Part shown: in pieces, positions 11,301 to 24,165 of the stretch
Numbering within the stretch: the stretch's first letter is position 1
Layout of the letters: each line of letters begins with the position of its first letter
Assembly: GCA_002269645.1 (NCBI GenBank)
Contig: NIVC01000725.1
Span: 558,296 to 622,295, forward strand
Direction: 5' to 3'
Source: Macrostomum lignano
Lineage: Eukaryota
DNA: 64,000 bases
Position numbers and translations under genes: made by a program
Notes under the pieces: model-generated
What the model saw: only the letters and a program-made list of their open reading frames with translations
Databases searched by the model: none
What the model was told of the DNA's origin: nothing

Positions 11301-14300
11301 CAGCCTGCAGCTTGGCGACGTGCTACTGTCGCTGCAGTACAGCATGCCTAGGAGCGAGTCCAGGCGGCTTGACGATGCCAGATCCGATTGGATGTGCCTG
11401 AGGGTTGGTGGCCTGTTTATTTGATATCTCTGTCTCTCTTTATGCCTGAGAATAGATCATATTGGTCACGTGTAATTATTGTTAGCACTGGCATTAGACT
11501 GGCATTAGTCATCAGACTCTAGACACTTGTCTCTGGGATACATGATCATCGATAATCACCCCAGAAAATTGACAATCACCCTAGACACTTGATAATCGCC
11601 CCAGACACTTGATAATCACCCCAGACACTTGATAATCGCCCCCAGACACTTGATAATCACCCCAGACACTTGATAATCACCCCAGACACTTGATAATCGC
11701 CCCCAGACACTTGATAATCACCCCAGACACTTGATAATCACCCCAGACACTTGATAATCACCCCAGACACTTGATAATCACCCCAGACACTTGATAATCA
11801 CCCAGACACTTGATAATCACCCAGACACTTGATAATCACCCCAGACACTTCATAATCACCCCAGACACTTGATAATCACCCCAGACACTTGATAATCACC
11901 CAGACACTTGATAATCGCCCCAGACACAAAATCATCACAGTCACGACAGCCCCTTTCCCATCCTCCCCCATCCAGTGCAACGGTCACAATTTCCGCAAGC
12001 GCGAGGCCTGCTACAAGTGCGGCGCCTCCAGAGCGGAAAGCTGCGCCAGCCTCGCTAGCGACGGCAGCGAACTCGTCTCGTCTGGCATGCCCTGCAACAC
12101 GCTCGTACTGAGAAATCTCGACGCCCTGACAACCGAAGAGTCAGTTGCAGCCTTTGCCGAACAGATGGTATCGGCTAAACCGAAGAATGCTTGCATCCTG
12201 CGCGATCCCCTCACCCGGTCCAGCAAATGCTGCGCTCTGATTGAGTTTGACAGCGTCACCGACTCCATGCAGCTGGTGCAGATGACTCGAGAAATGGACA
12301 TTGTGGAACTGGATGGGAAAGCTATTAATATTGACTATGCTAAGTGAGTTCTTGTTGACCTTTTTTGTCCCTCTGAATCCTGTTCAATATCCTCTTATTC
12401 TGCCACGACCCCCTCTGAGCACCCGTGATTCCCACTGATCACCCATGATCCCCACTGAACACCCGTGATCCCCACTGAGCATCTGTGATCCCCTCTGAGC
12501 ACCCGTGATCCCACTGAACACCCGTGATCCCCACTGAGCACCCGTGATCCCCACTGAGCACTCGTGATCCCCTCTGAGCACCCGTGATCGCCACTGAGCA
12601 CTCGTGATCCCCTCTGAGCACCCGTGATTCCCGCTGAGCATCTGTGATCCCCTCTGAGCACCCGTAATCCCCACTGAGCACTTGTGATCCCTGCTAAGCA
12701 CCCGTGATCCCCACTGAACACCCGTGATCCCCACTGAGCACCCGTGATCCCCACTGAGCACCCGTGATCTTCAATGAGCACCCGTGATCCTCAATGAGCA
12801 CCCGTGATCCCCACTGAGCACTTGTGATCCCCGCTAAGCACCCGTGATCCCCTCTGAGCACCCATCATCCCCACTGAGCATCTGTGATCCCCTCTGAGCA
12901 CCCGTGATTCCCACTGATTACCCATGATCCCCACTGAGCACCCGTGATCCCCACTGAGCATCTGTGATCCCCTCTGAGCACCCGTGATCCCACTGAACAC
13001 CCGTGATCCCCACTGAGCACCCGTGATCGCGACTGAGCACTCGTGATCCCCTCTGAGCACCCGTGATTCCCGCTAAGCATCTGTGATCCCCTCTGAGCAC
13101 CCGTGATCCCCACTGAGCACTTGTGATCCCCGCTAAGCACCCGTGATCCCCACTGAACACCCGGGATCCCCACTGAGCACTTGTGATCCCCGCTAAGCAC
13201 CCGTGATCCCCACTGAACACCCGTGATCCCCACTGAGCATCTGTGATCCCCTCTGAGCACCCGTGATCCCACTGAACACCCGTGATCCCCACTGAGCACC
13301 CGTGATCGCCACTGAGCACTCGTGATCCCCTCTGAGCACCCGTGATTCCCGCTGAGCATCTGTGATCCCCTCTGAGCACCCGTGATCCCCACTGAGCACT
13401 TGTGATCCTCGCTAAGCACCCGTGATCCCCACTGAACACCCGTGATCCCCACTGAGCACCCGTGATCCCCACTGAGCACTCGTGATCTTCAATGAGCACC
13501 CTTGATCCTCAATGAGCACCCGTGATCCCCACTGAGCACTTGTGATCCCCTCTGAGCACCCGTGATCCCCACTGAGCACTTGTGATCCCCGCTAAGCACC
13601 CGTGATCCCCACTGAACACCCGTGATCCCCACTGAGCACCCGTGATCCCCACTGAGCACTCGTGATCTTCAATGAGCACCCTTGATCCTCAATGAGCACC
13701 CGTGATCCCCACTGAGCACTTGTGATCCCCGCTAAGCACCCGTGATCCCCTCTGAGCACCCGTGATCCCCACTGAACACCCGTGATCCCCACTGAGCACC
13801 CGTGATCCCCACTGAGCACTCGTGATCTTCAATGAGCACTCTTGATCCTCAATGAGCACCCGTGATCCCCACTGAGCACTTGTGATCCCCGCTAAGCACC
13901 CGTGATCCCCTCTGAGCACCCGTGATCCCCCCACTGAGCATCTATGATCCCCTCTGAGCACCCGTGATTCCCACTGATCACTCATGATCCCCACTGAACA
14001 CCCGTGATCCCCACTGAGCACCCGTGATTCCCACTGAGCATCTGTGATCCCCATTGAGCATCTGTGATCCCCAATGAGCACCCGTGATCCCACGCAACCA
14101 CCTCCCAGGCACACCTACAAGACCATCATGGGTGATTCTGCAGCAGCAGCCGCCGCAGCCGCTGCCGTTGCAGCAGCAGCCGCTGCTGGAGCCTCCTCCT
14201 CGACAATTGTCGCTCCGCCGCAGCCGTCGACCACAATTTCGACGACTGATTCCTCCTCAGCAGCCGCCGTCGCCGCCTGCGTCGCTGCCGCTTCAGCCGC

Positions 14301-17300
14301 CTCCGCCGCCGCAGTTGCCGCTGTCGGCGTCCCGCTGATGAGCCTGGCCACCACGCCGACCTCCCTGCTGCTCACCAGCGCAGCTCCCGGCCTCCTTGCC
14401 GCCATGAGCGCCGTGCCGTCGCACCATCTGCTGCAGGCGCATCACCAGGCGCTGCATCAGCAGCAACAGCAGCAGCAGGCTGTTCAACATCTGCAACTCA
14501 TGGCGCACATTCAACAGCATCAGCGACAGCAGCTGCAGCTGCAGCAGTTGCAACAACTGCAGATGCAACAGCAGCAGCAACTGCAGCAACCGCCAGCCAC
14601 CGCTGCTGAAGCCAAGCCTCAGCCTAAGTGAGCGATTGTGAATAGGTTGCTTTTATTGAATAATGAGAATCAATATGGAAATTTTAGTCTGGGAATCCAA
14701 ATGAGGGAATTTCAATGGAGAATCTTATGAGGGAATTTCAGTTAGAGAATCTTATGAGGGAATTTCAGTTAAGAGAACCTTATGAGAGAATTTTAGTTCC
14801 CTCATTCCCTTATTTAGGGAATCTAAAATGAGAGAAATTCAACTAGGGAATCTTAATGAGGAATTTCAACTAGGGAATCTAAATGAGGGAATTTCAATTA
14901 GGGAATCTTAATGAGGGAATTTCACTTAGGGAATCTAAATGAGGGAATTTCAATTAAAGAATCTGAAAGGAAGGAATTTCCATTTAGGAATTTGAAAGGA
15001 GGGAATTTCAAAGAATCTAAATTTGGAAATTTCAATTAGATAATCTGAAATGATGGAATTTCAACTAGGGAATCTGAAATGAGAGAATTTCAACTAGGGA
15101 ATCTGAAATAAGGAATTTCAACTAGGGAATCTGAAATGAGGAAATTTCAACTAGGGAATCTGAAATGAGGGAATTTCGACTAGGGAATCTGAAATGAGGG
15201 AATTTCAACTAGGGAATCTGAAATAAGGAATTTCAACTAGGGAATCTGAAATGAGGAAATTTCAACTAGGGAATCTGAAATGAGGGAATTTCGACTAGGG
15301 AATCTGAAATGAGGGAATTTCAACTAAAGAAATCTGAAATAAGGAATTTCAACTAGGGAATCTGAAATAAGGAATTTCAACGAGAACCTCAGTCACGCTC
15401 GGAATGCCCCCAAAACCGCTACCGGCAGGCAGCCGCAGCCGCCCGTGCTCAACCAGCCCTGCCAGGCGCCGGACACCAGCAAGTTAGTGAAGGAGCCCAC
15501 CTCGGGTTACTACTACGACTCCGACACTGGTCTGTACTACGACGCCAATACTCAGTACTTCTTCGACCCGAGCAGAAGCGGCTACCTGTACTGGGACTCC
15601 GAAGCCGGTTGCTATAGAGACGCAAATGAGTTACAGAAGCAACTGCAGGAGCAGCAACAGGACGGCAATAAAAAAGACGCATCAAATTCTAAAGAAGCGA
15701 AGCCGTCAAAGCAGCAGACTTCAGCATCCGCTGTAGCCAGCGAGCCCTTTGGCAAGGCGTCATCAATTCAGAAAGACATGGAGCGCTGGGCCCGGATGGT
15801 AAATAAGCAGAAGAACAAGTCCAAACAGCAGGCAATGCCAGCCGCTATGGAGCAGCAGATTCTGCAACAACAGCAGCAGCAGAGCGGAGCGGCCGATACT
15901 GCTTTTGCTATGCTAACCCAGATGTCTTCTACTGCGGCTAAGCAGTCCAGTTCTTCTGCTGCTGCCGCTCCAGCCGCGGCTCCTGCCATAGCGCCGCCTG
16001 TGCTGTCAGCCGTGGCAGCCGCCTCACTTGAGGAGGAAGAGGAGAAACTCTTGGATTGGACTCGGCTGGCCTGCCTGCTGTGCCAGCGCGGCTTCCAGGT
16101 TGGTTTGCGGGGATCGCTGACGCATGGGGGAGGCGCCCACTGAAGCATCGGGGAAGGAGGAGGCGCCCACTGAAGCATCGGGGGAGGAGGAGGCGCCCAC
16201 TGAAGCATCTGGGAGGAGGTTCCCACTGAAGCATCTGGGAGGAGGTTCCCACTGAAGCATCTGGGAGGAGGCTACCACTGAAGCATCTGGGAGGAGGCTA
16301 CCACTGAAGCATCTGGGAGGAGGCTACCACTGAAGCATCTGGGAGGAGGAGGTTCCCACTGAAGCATCTGGGAGGAGGCGCCCACTGAAGCATCTAGGAG
16401 GAGGTTCCCACTGAAGCATCTGGGAGGAGGTTCCCACTGAAGCATCTGGGAGGAGGCGCCCACTGAAGCATCTGGGAGGAGGTTCCCACTGAAGCATCTG
16501 GGAGGAGGTTCCCACTGAAGCATCTGGGAGGAGGCTACCACTGAAGCATCTGGGAGGAGGCTACCACTGAAGCATCTGGGAGGAGGCTACCACTGAAGCA
16601 TCTGGGAGGAGGAGGTTCCCACTGAAGCATCTGGGAGGAGGTTCCCACTGAAGCATCTGGGAGGAGGTTCCCACTGAAGCATCTGGGAGGAGGCGCCCAC
16701 TGAAGCATCTGGGAGGAGGCGCCCACTGAAGCATCTGGGAGGAGGTTCCCACTGAAGCATCTGGGAGGAGGTTCCCACTGAAGCATCTGGGAGGAGGTTC
16801 CCACTGAAGCATCTGGGAGGAGGCTACCACTGAAGCATCTGGGAGGAGGAGGTTCCCACTGAAGCATCTGGGAGGAGGTTCCCACTGAAGCATCTGGGAG
16901 GAGGTTCCCACTGAAGCATCTGGGAGGAGGCGCCCACTGAAGCATCTGGGAGGAGGCGCCCACTGAAGCATCTGGGAGGAGGAGGCTCTCACTGAATCAT
17001 CGGGAGGAGGCGCTCACTAAAGCATCGGGGAGGAGGAGGCGCCACTAAAGCATCGGGGAGGAGGAGGAGGCGCCACTGAAGCATCGGGGAGGAGGAGGAG
17101 GCGCCCACTGAAGCATCTGGGAGGAGGAGGAGGCGCCACTGAAGCATTTGGGAGGAGGAGGAGGCGCCACTGAAGCATCGGGGAGGAGGAGGCGCCACTG
17201 AAGCATCTGGGAGGAGGCGCCCATTAAAGCATCTTGGAGGAGGTTCCCACTGAAGCATCAGGGAGGAGGTTCCCACTGAAGCATCTGGGAGGAGGCTACC

Positions 17301-19336
17301 ACTGAAGCATCTGGGAGGAGGCTACCACTGAAGCATCTGGGAGGAGGAGGTTCCCACTGAAGCATCTGGGAGGAGGCGCCCACTGAAGCATCTGGGAGGA
17401 GGTTCCCACTGAAGCATCTGGGAGGAGGCTACCACTGAAGCATCTGGGAGGAGGCTACCACTGAAGCATCTGGGAGGAGGAGGTTCCCACTGAAGCATCT
17501 GGGAGGAGGTTCCCACTGAAGCATCTGGGAGGAGGTTCCCACTGAAGCATCTGGGAGGAGGCGCCCACTGAAGCATCTGGGAGGAGGCGCCCACTGAAGC
17601 ATCTGGGAGGAGGAGGCTCTCACTGAATCATCGGGAGGAGGCGCTCACTAAAGCATCGGGGAGGAGGAGGCGCCACTAAAGCATCGGGGAGGAGGAGGAG
17701 GCGCCACTGAAGCATCGGGGAGGAGGAGGAGGCGCCCACTGAAGCATCTGGGAGGAGGAGGAGGCGCCACTGAAGCATTTGGGAGGAGGAGGCGCTCACT
17801 GAAGCATTTGGAAGGAGGAGGCGCTCACTGAAGCATTTGGGAGGAGGAGGCGCTCACTGAAGCATCTGGGAGGAGGCGCTCACTGAAGCATCGGGGAGGA
17901 GGCGCCACTGAGGCATCGGGGAGGAGGAGGAGGCGCCACTGAAGCATCTGGGAGGAGGCGCCCACTGAAGTATCGGGGAGGAGGAGGAGGAGGCGCCCAC
18001 TGAAGCATCGGGGAGGAGGAGGCGCCCACTGAGGCATCGGGGAGGAGGCGCCCACTGAAGCATCGGGGAGGAGGCGACCACTGAAGCATCTAGGAGGAGG
18101 AGGCGCCCACTGAGGCATCGGGGAGGAGGCGCCACTGAAACATCGGGAAGGAGGAGGCGCCCACTGAGGCATCGGGGAGGAGGAGGCGCCCACTGAAGCA
18201 TCGGGGAGGAGGAGGCGCTACTGAAGCATCGGGGAGGAGGAGGCGCCCACTGAGGCATCGGGGAGGAGGAGGCGCCCACTGAAGCATCGGAGGGGAGGAG
18301 GCGCCCACTGAAGCATCGGGGAGGAGGAGGCGCCCACTGAGGCATCGGGGAGGAGGAGGCGCTACTGAAGCATCGGGGAGGAGGAGGCGCCCACTGAGGC
18401 ATCGGGGAGGAGGAGGCGCCCACTGAAGCATCGGAGGGGAGGAGGCGCCCACTGAAGCATCGGGGAGGAGGAGGCGCCACTGAAGCATCGGGGAGGAGGA
18501 GGCGCCCACTGAAGCATCTGGGGGGGGGGAGGAGGCGCCACTGAAGCATGGGGGGGAGGAGGCGCCACTGAAGCATCGGGGGGAGGAGGCGCCACTGAAG
18601 CATCGGGAAGGGGGAGGCGCCCACTGAAGCATCGGGGGGAGGAGGCGCCACTGAAGCGTCGGGAAGGGGGAGGCGCCCACTGAAGCATCGTGGGAGGGGG
18701 GGGGGGAGCAGGTACCGAGTATTTCCAGCCCCACTCGATCCCCTCAACCTCGCCGCCCCGCAGAGCGAGGAGGCCCTCCGCAAGCACAAGGAGCTGTCTC
18801 AGCTGCACAGGACCAACTTGGAGCAGCTCAGCGAGCGCCTAGGCCTGCCGCCATTGCAGCAGCAGCAGCTCATGGACCTGCCCGGCTCCGGCGGCGGCAT
18901 GAGCTACGAATACCGGGACCGAGCCAAGGAGCGCCGGGAAAAGTACGGCCTGCCGCCTCCGCCAGCCACGGGGCGGCGTCGGCCGCCTCAGGAGCAGCAG
19001 CAGCAGAGGCATCAGGCAGCGGCTTCATCAATACCGCAGCCTCCGCAGCCTCAGCAGCAGCCGCAGCAGCAGCCGCCACAGCCAGCGGCAGAGGACAGCG
19101 GAGGCGTAGGCAAGAAGCTGCTAAAAAAGATGGGCGGCTGGCGCGAAGGCCAGGGCCTCGGGCGGCTTGGCCAGGGCCGGGTGGCCCCGGTGGAGGCCGA
19201 GGTTCGACGCCCGGGCGTAGGTCTGGGCGTGGCCTCGGCCAGCACCGGCACGGTGGGCTCCGCGGCGGTGTCCGGCAGCTACATGGACAAAGTGAAGAGC
19301 TCTATGATGGCCAGGTATCAGGAGTTTGACGAATAG
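8368..19336 (+). CDS. RBM5: RBM5/RBM10-like splicing factor, 961 aa; exons 8368-8874, 9217-9286, 9583-9656, 11299-11403, 11976-12343, 14109-14627, 15429-16098, 18764-19336
   Basis: Domain order: RS/RD region; RRM1 (TVMVRGL, RGFAFVEF); RanBP2 finger (DWMCLR|CNGHNFRKREACYKC); RRM2 (NTLVLRNL); Ala/Gln tract; OCRE (SGYYYDSDTGLYYD); C2H2 finger (CLLCQRGFQ|SEEALRKHKELSQLH); G-patch (GKKLLKKMGGWREGQGLG). All introns are GT-AG and the exons sum to 2886 nt in frame. Exon 11299-11403 is missing from the ORF track. Confidence 0.92.
8940..9128. repeat. 35-bp intronic repeat GGATATGGCATCCTGTCTGTGAGTTGGGTTCTCAA
   Basis: About 5 tandem units in RBM5 intron 1; each carries GTGAGT. Confidence 0.9.
9940..10825. 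repeat. 34-bp intronic minisatellite GTTCTCAGTGCAGACTCATTCTTTGTGTACGGTT
   Basis: About 26 highly homogeneous units, followed by a CT-rich tract to about 11000. Confidence 0.97.
11560..11925. repeat. ~20-bp intronic minisatellite CACTTGATAATCACCCCAGA
   Basis: About 18 units. Confidence 0.95.
12412..14090. repeat. 20-bp intronic minisatellite GTGATCCCCACTGAGCACCC
   Basis: About 80 units filling nearly the whole intron. Confidence 0.97.
14690..15381. repeat. 29-bp intronic minisatellite GGGAATTTCAACTAGGGAATCTGAAATGA
   Basis: Degenerate on the left, homogeneous on the right. Confidence 0.93.
16125..18707. repeat. ~26-bp G-rich intronic minisatellite GGAGGAGGCGCCCACTGAAGCATC(T/G)G
   Basis: About 95 units with variable GGA copy number; fills the last RBM5 intron. 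Confidence 0.97.
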
Positions 19337-19947
19337 CAACTGGTGTATGTTGCCGATATGTTGCGTAAACAACTTTTTAAATTAAGAATTGTCCGTACTA
19401 TAAATATCACCTCTCTTACTAAAAATACAAAGGCAAGGTGATAATCTCCGTATAGGCTAGCTACCAGGACTCAGTTTGACAAGCAACTGGGCTTATCCAC
19501 CGATATGTAGCGTAAATAACTAAATATGGATCAAATATCTAAATGAGAGAATAACCCACTGATAAGATAGTTTAATTCAATAAGCTAGGGTGAAGAGCTC
19601 TATAAATGAGGGTGATTATGTACCGATATGGTGCGTAGAAAACTTCTTGAATTATTTTTAAAAACAACCTACTTAGGCAGAAAAGATCCCTTTGAAAACT
19701 GGCGGGATGCTTGAGTAAATAAGCGACTCCCCTTGTAGTTGTATGTTTATTCAGTAATCATTTGTTAATGTTTATTAAATCCCTTCGGCTAGCCCCCATC
19801 CAGATCATTGCTTTTCAAAGCTGCATGCTTTTTCCTGTTAATAATACGTGAGTTTCTGTGTGGACAGTTTATAAAAAGTGTGTAATCTTCTATGTTAAAA
19901 TAAAAAATAGTTGCAACATTCATTTAGCCTACTGTTAGTTAGTACTA

Positions 19948-20913
19948 CTTCGGGTGTGTCAAAAGTTATGTCACTGATGTGAAAACAGACGAACTTGCAA
20001 TCGCAGATAAACAAAACTGTACCACTCAACAATATAGAGTCCCCCAATATCAATCACTCTCTGGCAGTGCTCATACAGCTTGTCCACCTCAGCCTTCAGG
20101 TGTTTTTAATCCAACAGCCATAACCAGTGCAACGCGGCCTGTTTGACCTCTTCATGATTTGCGAAAATCTTCTTGGAAAAGTCAGCCTTCAGCCATTTGA
20201 ACAGAAATCTGTCGCACAAGTTGAGGTCCGGGCTGTAGGGACTCTGTCAGAGCAGATTCACTCGCCGTGCAGGTAGAAAATCCGAAACAGGCTTACAGGT
20301 GTGCGACCGTGCGGTGTCCACCTGCCACAGAACCTCGTCCAGGAGACATGGATTTGACCGAAGAGTGCGCCAAAGGACCCCAGTGTGCCGGGCAAAAGCG
20401 GATAAAAACTACTGACAATCGAACTTGACGTTTGACCCTCGATGAGACATCTTTGTTTGGCGTAAAGGCCACCAGCAGCATGGTCTTCTTGTCCGAGACG
20501 GACCTCGTGGTCACGGTCGGCAGCAGACCCCAGCTCCCAGCCAGCAGCGATTGTCTGCCTTGCTGCCCTTGCCATCCAGGTGGAGCCAGCTTTCATCCTC
20601 AGCAACCAGGCAGTTTAGGATGTCATTCAAGCCCCGGCTGCTGAACACCTTGCGGATCTGCTAGGTGCAGGCGTCTTGTCGAGATTCATGGTTATTTTTG
20701 TTCGCTGCATAGACGAGTTTTCATCGCGTTGCACTTGCTAAATCTGCTTGGCGTATTCTTGCGATAGCTTGGGCCATAAACAACCTATGTACGTCTCAAA
20801 TGCACTGCTATTGCTTCACTAAGTATACTTTGCAGCTACACTACCCACAAGTCCATGTGCCTACATATTTTAGACAGAGGCCTGCAGTGACATCACTTAT
20901 GACACACCCGAAG
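19948..20913 (-). mobile_element. Mariner (Tc1/mariner) element, internally deleted and non-autonomous, 966 bp
   Basis: 29-bp TIRs at 19948-19976 and 20885-20913 (CTTCGGGTGTGTCAwAAGTkATGTCACTG, 2 mismatches), with TA on both sides. Broken transposase motifs LVAEDESW, KKTMLLVAF, WQVDTARSHT, SPYSPDLNLCD. Confidence 0.92.
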
Positions 20914-21189
20914 TATACTTTATACGTGTCGCTAAGTTATATAATTTTTGTGTTCTTGCGCGTGGTTAAATTTAAACTTCTTTATAACCAAAAATAAATT
21001 CAATGATTTCAAATTTCAAATTTAATTGCTTTGATCTGCTTGCATTGGATGGACTGCGACCTGTGCGATCGCCTCATCCTGTTTAGCCATGTTAAACTGA
21101 TTAGAGTCTGTGCTCTGCCGTACTCAAACTGATTTATGGTAAAAGCACCCACCCACAGGTCCAGAGAAACTGAATGATAGAGCAGAGAT

Positions 21190-21345
21190 GATAAGGTAGT
21201 GGGTGGAGATGATGAGATAGTGAGTGGAGATGGTGAGATAGTCGGCGGAGATGCTGTGGTAGTGGGCAGAGATGATGAGGTAGTGGGCGGAGATGATGAG
21301 GTAGTGGGCGGAGATGCTGAGGTAGTGGGCGGAGACGCTGAGGTA
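21190..21345. repeat. Short degenerate array of the 21-bp GAGATGCTGAGGTAGTGGGCG family
   Basis: Same unit as 23477-24165. Confidence 0.85.
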
Positions 21346-21569
21346 CTACCTTGTAGTCAGTGACAGCGTCTGTGGTAGAAACCTATCCAAATAATGCTAA
21401 TCGAGGACTAAGTTATTAATAGATCGGTCTCCAACCTTTCCCGTCCCTAGTTATTGAGTAGTCCTGCATATATACCTAATCAGTTACCTTCTTAATCCAG
21501 TAGTGTAGTATCGCTTTTGACAATCTAAATTGGAATTTGGACAATCAAAACGGGACGCCATAGACATTC

Positions 21570-22130
21570 AGCCAGGCCACAGACTCGGGCTGCTTGGGAA
21601 TACGCAACCGTAGATGTGGAACGGTAGGGTGCCTGCAGCGTTAGCAGCTGCACCTCCTGCACCGGCTCTGGGCAGTACTACTCGGCGCGGATGATGTGGC
21701 CTGCCAGCTGGAGTCGCCGATGGCGCAACAGGTCGCTTGGACGGACCAGGCCGGCGCGGTGATACAAAGCCGCGTTGGTCACTCGCTCGTGGCCGATCTT
21801 GAAAGCGGCGCGCAGCAGGCCAGCGGCGCCGCGTCAACTTGTTGCTCGAGCGACTCCGTCAGCATCCAGGTCTCGGCGTTGTACAGCAGGACGGTCTCGA
21901 TCACCGCCTGAAACAACGCCGCCCTCTGGCGGTCAGGTAAGGCCTCGGACTGCATGACTGCCTTCACAGAACGAAAGGCAGCCCAGGCAAGCCCGCGGCA
22001 ATTCACCGCAAATCCTTACGGACGGCGGGAACCAGACCGCCGAGGTAGACGAACTGCTGACAACGCGGAAGCTCTGTCGCCTGTCCGTCAGCGCCTCGGC
22101 ACAAAATCGTAGTACATGTACGCGTGTACT
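21570..22130 (-). mobile_element. 3' fragment of a non-LTR retrotransposon (RTE-like), degenerate
   Basis: Post-RT motifs FVYLGG, GLAWAAFRSVK, LFQAVIETVLLYNAETW, RRLQLAGHIIR, with frameshifts and stops. Confidence 0.85.
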
Positions 22131-23476
22131 GTTTTTGATGGGCCACACACGCCCTTTACCTACTGAAATTGGCGTTGGCTTTGGGTTGTGTGAATGGCCG
22201 GTGTTAGGGTTTCTGTTCTCCGGAGTTAAAGATCTCCGGCCCGGAGATCCAACACGACAAAATTATGCGATTTTACGATCGCCCGCACGGATATCAGAAA
22301 CCATGACATAAGATAAGGTTAGAGATCGCCGCCATGCTAGACTCTCCGGAGTATTCTATCTTAAAAAATGAGCTATATTAAATTTCTGACTTGAGAAATT
22401 GCCCAGCACGTGAACAACTGGCGCAACTTTTTTCGATTAGCTCATCTATCTAAGTACATAAGGCCTTAAGGCCCGTTCACACAGCCATCCATCAAGTGGG
22501 GCTAAATTTAGGCTTGGTTAGACTTCTGCATCATTTTTCGTCTTTCTGTACATACAACATGTGCATGTAAAAGTCGAATGATTTGATTGTGTCATTTGAC
22601 AGCAGAAAAACAGCAACTCCAGTTTTCATTAGAATTGCATTGCGGAAGTATGGACTGACAACACATCCACTCCTATTCACCAAAGCTTGCTATTTTGCCC
22701 TGATATGGCCCTACCGGGGCCATAACCGTTTGCAGTCTCTGAAGGAGAACTTAAACCCTTTAAGGTTCTCCGGTCGGAGATCCCAGCCCGTTTGCAGTCT
22801 CGATCCGGACCCAAAACTGGCCGGAGCCCCGGAGATTCTAAACTGTAACACCTGTTATGTTTTGTGCACAAGTCACAAATTATTCTGTAATGTGGCCTCA
22901 CGGAATATAATCCCTATATAAGGGTGGTGACGCGAGAGTCAGTGTCCCTTTTTTACAGTTGTCTGCTATCTCTGTTCATGACTTGGACATGAACAGTTAA
23001 AAAACATTTACATGTGCATGTACATCATGGTCAACATCAGCATTGTTCAGTTGTCCATGATGTATACAAGTAGTTGGCAGGTATATGCTTTGCCTGTGCC
23101 TCAGTTGTAATTAGTAATTTATCACATTTTAAGCGGTCAGTCAGTGCGAAAAAGCAGTAAATGCGAATCAACAACTCTCGAGGCCTGTAAAATGTATAAA
23201 AGTCTTGGTGATAGTCGATAGAAAAGTATACGTCAGCTTTGGGTGCAACTAAAAATTATGGCACTTATGGCACTTGTCCATGTGTTTTTATTAACTTTTT
23301 GAATATGTACAGATTGACTTTGGAGGTGACGAGTAATCGAATGGTTGTTAAACTGTTTTCTAGATCCTGGAAACTACAAATGCAAAGTCTAACTCGAATA
23401 CGTCTTAGTCTTATAGTAAGGCTGCAATGATCTTATCAGCCTAAGCTGACGGCTGACGTAGATAGGCCTAGGTATA

Positions 23477-24165
23477 GTGGGCGGAGATGCTGAGGTAGTG
23501 GGCGGAGATGCTGAGGTAGTGGGCGGAGATGCTGAGGTAGTGGGCAGAGATGATGAAGTAGTGGGCGGAGATGCTGAGATAGTGGGCGGAGATGCTGAGG
23601 TAGTGGGCGGAGTTGCTGAGGTAGTGGGCGGAGATGATGAAGTAGTGGGCGGAGATGCTGAGATAGTGGGCGGAGATGCTGAGGTAGTGGGCGGAGATGA
23701 TGAAGTAGTGGGCGGAGATGCTGAGATAGTGGGCGGAGATGCTGAGGTAGTGGGCGGAGATGCTGAGGTAGTGGGCGGAGATGATGAAGTAGTGGGCGGA
23801 GATGCTGAGGTAGTGGGCGGAGATGCTGAGGTAGCGGGCGGAGATGCTGAGGTAGTGGGCGGAGGTGGTGAGGTAGTGGGCGGAGATGCTGAGGTAGTGG
23901 GCGGAGATGCTGAGGTAGTGGGCGGAGGTGGTGAGGTAGTGGGCGGAGATGCTGAGGTAGTGGGCGGAGATGCTGAGGTAGTGGGCGGAGGTGGTGAGGT
24001 AGTGGGCGGAGATGCTGAGGTAGTGGGCGGAGATGCTGAGGTAGTGGGCGGAGGTGGTGAGGTAGTGGGCGGAGATGCTGAGGTAGTGGGCGGAGATGCT
24101 GAGGTAGTGGGCGGAGATGCTGAGGTAGTGGGCGGAGATGATGAAGTAGTGGGCGGAGATGCTGA
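23477..24165. repeat. 21-bp minisatellite GGGCGGAGATGCTGAGGTAGT
   Basis: About 33 units; source of the artefactual ORFs 23436-24185 and 23477-24226. Confidence 0.97.

Noticed and set aside
6838-18808. Many overlapping repeat ORFs (6878-8405, 9946-11051, 12384-14114, 15938-18808)
   Set aside because: They are translations of intronic or intergenic tandem arrays, open in several frames at once.
22180-22850. TCCGGA-centred palindromes (ATCTCCGGCCCGGAGAT) and Harbinger-like GGCCCGTTCACAC ends
   Set aside because: The putative ends face outward, with no paired TIR or TSD; probably decayed repeat fragments.
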